A stretch of DNA of 61,718 nucleotides, counting the filler. It is 7 parts of 7 records of this genome, joined end to end, with 100 filler letters (N's around TTAATTAATTAA, not from the genome) between each part and the next. Parts side by side here need not be neighbours in the genome. Positions count along the whole stretch, not along the records: positions 56,678 to 61,718 come from SRR31156797_5344; 6 more parts are not named here. One strand, written 5' to 3'. A model generated the notes under the pieces. It searched no databases and was not told where the DNA came from. It saw only the letters and a program-made list of their open reading frames with translations. Below are positions 60,314 to 61,718 of this stretch, one piece after another. The stretch's first letter is position 1. The number at the start of each line of letters is the position of its first letter. Both the position numbers and the translations under genes were made by a program.

Positions 60314-61666
60314 CTAAGCGGCCAAGCCTGTTTGCTCTGAAACAACGGCTTCGATTTCCTTGACCTTATTTATTAGGGGATTTTTAATGACATTTCCGAA
60401 ACAAACCACCATTGACGGCCTGGAAAGGACAGTCAAGTCTTCCAATGGATTGCCGTCAAGGACGCAAAGATCAGCGCTTTTCCCGGCTTCAATTGTTCCT
60501 GTTTCATTTACAATTCCCAGGATTTCGGCCGAGCACTTTGTGGCGTGATATAGGGCCTGCCGGGGAGTCATATTTCCATATTCGACGAAATAAACCAATT
60601 CTTTCCACACATCATAGTGAGGGGTTAAAACAACTCCGGCGTCAGTCCCCACGCCTGTTTTAATCCCGTTTTTCACTCCTGCCTGAAAGCCGCTGATCAT
60701 TCTATCCCTTACAATAAGGGCGTTGTCATATTGAACCTGGCTGAACCTGGTGTGAGCGATGCTGTAATCCGTAACGTTAATAATGACAGACAGCGTGGGC
60801 ACAAGGGCGGTATACCCCAGTAGTGTGTTCGGATTGTTTTTGAACAGGCTTATGGATTCTTCATCAAGATGCGCGCCGTGTTCAATCGTGTCCACGCCGC
60901 CCAGAAGCGCTTCTTTGATCCCAAGGGGACTATGAACATGGCTGGCCACTTTCAACCCGAAACGGTGTGCTTCATCACAAGCGGCCGATATCTCTTCCAG
61001 GGTCATGGCCGGGCGCCCGGCTTCTCCGACCCTGGTAGAATCCGACACCCCTCCCGTGCTGGTTATCTTTATAAAATCCGCACCGTCATGAATGGCCAGC
61101 CTGACCGCTTTTCTGACTTCCCATGGAGAGTCCGCGGCGCGTCCCATCACTGCTCCATGGCCGCCGGATGAAGAAATCAGTTTGCCGGCGGCGTGAATTC
61201 TGGGCCCGATCAGTTTTCCATCCTGCACTTCCTGGCGTATTACCAAATCATATGCATGAGGATCGCCTACGGCCCTGATTGTCGTCACCCCTGAATTAAG
61301 GGCGTTGGTTACATTCTGTCTTATTTTTTTCAGGGCGATCTTCCTGCCCGCCCAGGACCCCAGGAACCTGACCATTCTTTTTTGTGCTTTGGGAGACGAG
61401 ATGTTACGGGGCTTTCCGTCGCCGGTCAGGTGTGCATGGGCATTGATCAAGCCCGGAATGACGTATTTGCCTTTCAGGTCAATTTTTTCATAGCCCTGTG
61501 GAATTTCAATCTCGCTATTTTTACCTGCTCCCGTTATTCGCCCCTTCTTTTCTCCTTGACTCACATTGTTGGCAACCAGGATGACCCCGTCTTCAATGAT
61601 TTCATTTTCCAGATGACCGTCGAAAATCTTACCGTTTATAAATGCAATATTTCGCTTGTCATCCAT
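60314..61666 (-). CDS. Amidohydrolase_1 family (Xaa-Pro dipeptidase-like) metal-dependent hydrolase
   Basis: PGLINAHAH, GVTTIR, GADFIKI, SHVH, TIEHG, GTDAG, GTIEAGKSADL. Confidence 0.9.
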   Translation of the reverse strand: MDDKRNIAFINGKIFDGHLENEIIEDGVILVANNVSQGEKKGRITGAGKNSEIEIPQGYEKIDLKGKYVIPGLINAHAHLTGDGKPRNISSPKAQKRMVRFLGSWAGRKIALKKIRQNVTNALNSGVTTIRAVGDPHAYDLVIRQEVQDGKLIGPRIHAAGKLISSSGGHGAVMGRAADSPWEVRKAVRLAIHDGADFIKITSTGGVSDSTRVGEAGRPAMTLEEISAACDEAHRFGLKVASHVHSPLGIKEALLGGVDTIEHGAHLDEESISLFKNNPNTLLGYTALVPTLSVIINVTDYSIAHTRFSQVQYDNALIVRDRMISGFQAGVKNGIKTGVGTDAGVVLTPHYDVWKELVYFVEYGNMTPRQALYHATKCSAEILGIVNETGTIEAGKSADLCVLDGNPLEDLTVLSRPSMVVCFGNVIKNPLINKVKEIEAVVSEQTGLAA

Positions 61667-61718
61667 GATTAATTACCCCCAATTCAGAATTTTATTCGGG
61701 TCATTTTCGGCGGAGCCG

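Overview
This window is not one locus. It is seven unrelated contigs joined by 100-bp artificial spacers (N44-TTAATTAATTAA-N44) at 10264-10363, 17236-17335, 26258-26357, 40229-40328, 50366-50465 and 56578-56677. Taxonomic labels below are inferred from composition and protein style. (1) 1-10263, GC-rich, spirochaete-like: hisS, an MCP, Cache-EAL and di-iron/MBL-GGDEF signalling proteins, an AGCS symporter, a DUF4382 lipoprotein and TlpA. (2) 10364-17235, Desulfobacterota-like: dbpA, an integrase relic, a GNAT and a sigma54-driven aapJQMP operon. (3) 17336-26257, Bacteroidota: RRM protein, oxidoreductase, ECF/FecR/TonB receptor and YyaL. (4) 26358-40228, Desulfovibrio-like: a Psr/Phs/Srr-type molybdoenzyme operon with a cytochrome c, a triple rhodanese and a hidden selenocysteine rhodanese. 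It has a CstR-like repressor with a visible operator and is followed by an IS3 relic and an AT-rich SbnA-like/MFS/ATP-grasp mini-cluster. (5) 40329-50365, Bacteroidota: SusC, an unannotated ~525-nt structured RNA candidate with its own promoter and terminator, and a complete polyamine pathway. (6) 50466-56577, AT-rich: sugar ABC transporter and dehydrogenases. (7) 56678-61718, Desulfobacterota-like: amidohydrolases, GltS and an ATC-hydrolase-family protein. The best leads are the large ncRNA candidate (43453-43980), the UGA-recoded Sec-rhodanese (29486-30487) within a putatively persulfide-regulated reductase operon, and the three-gene amino-acid-ligase cluster (36899-40128).
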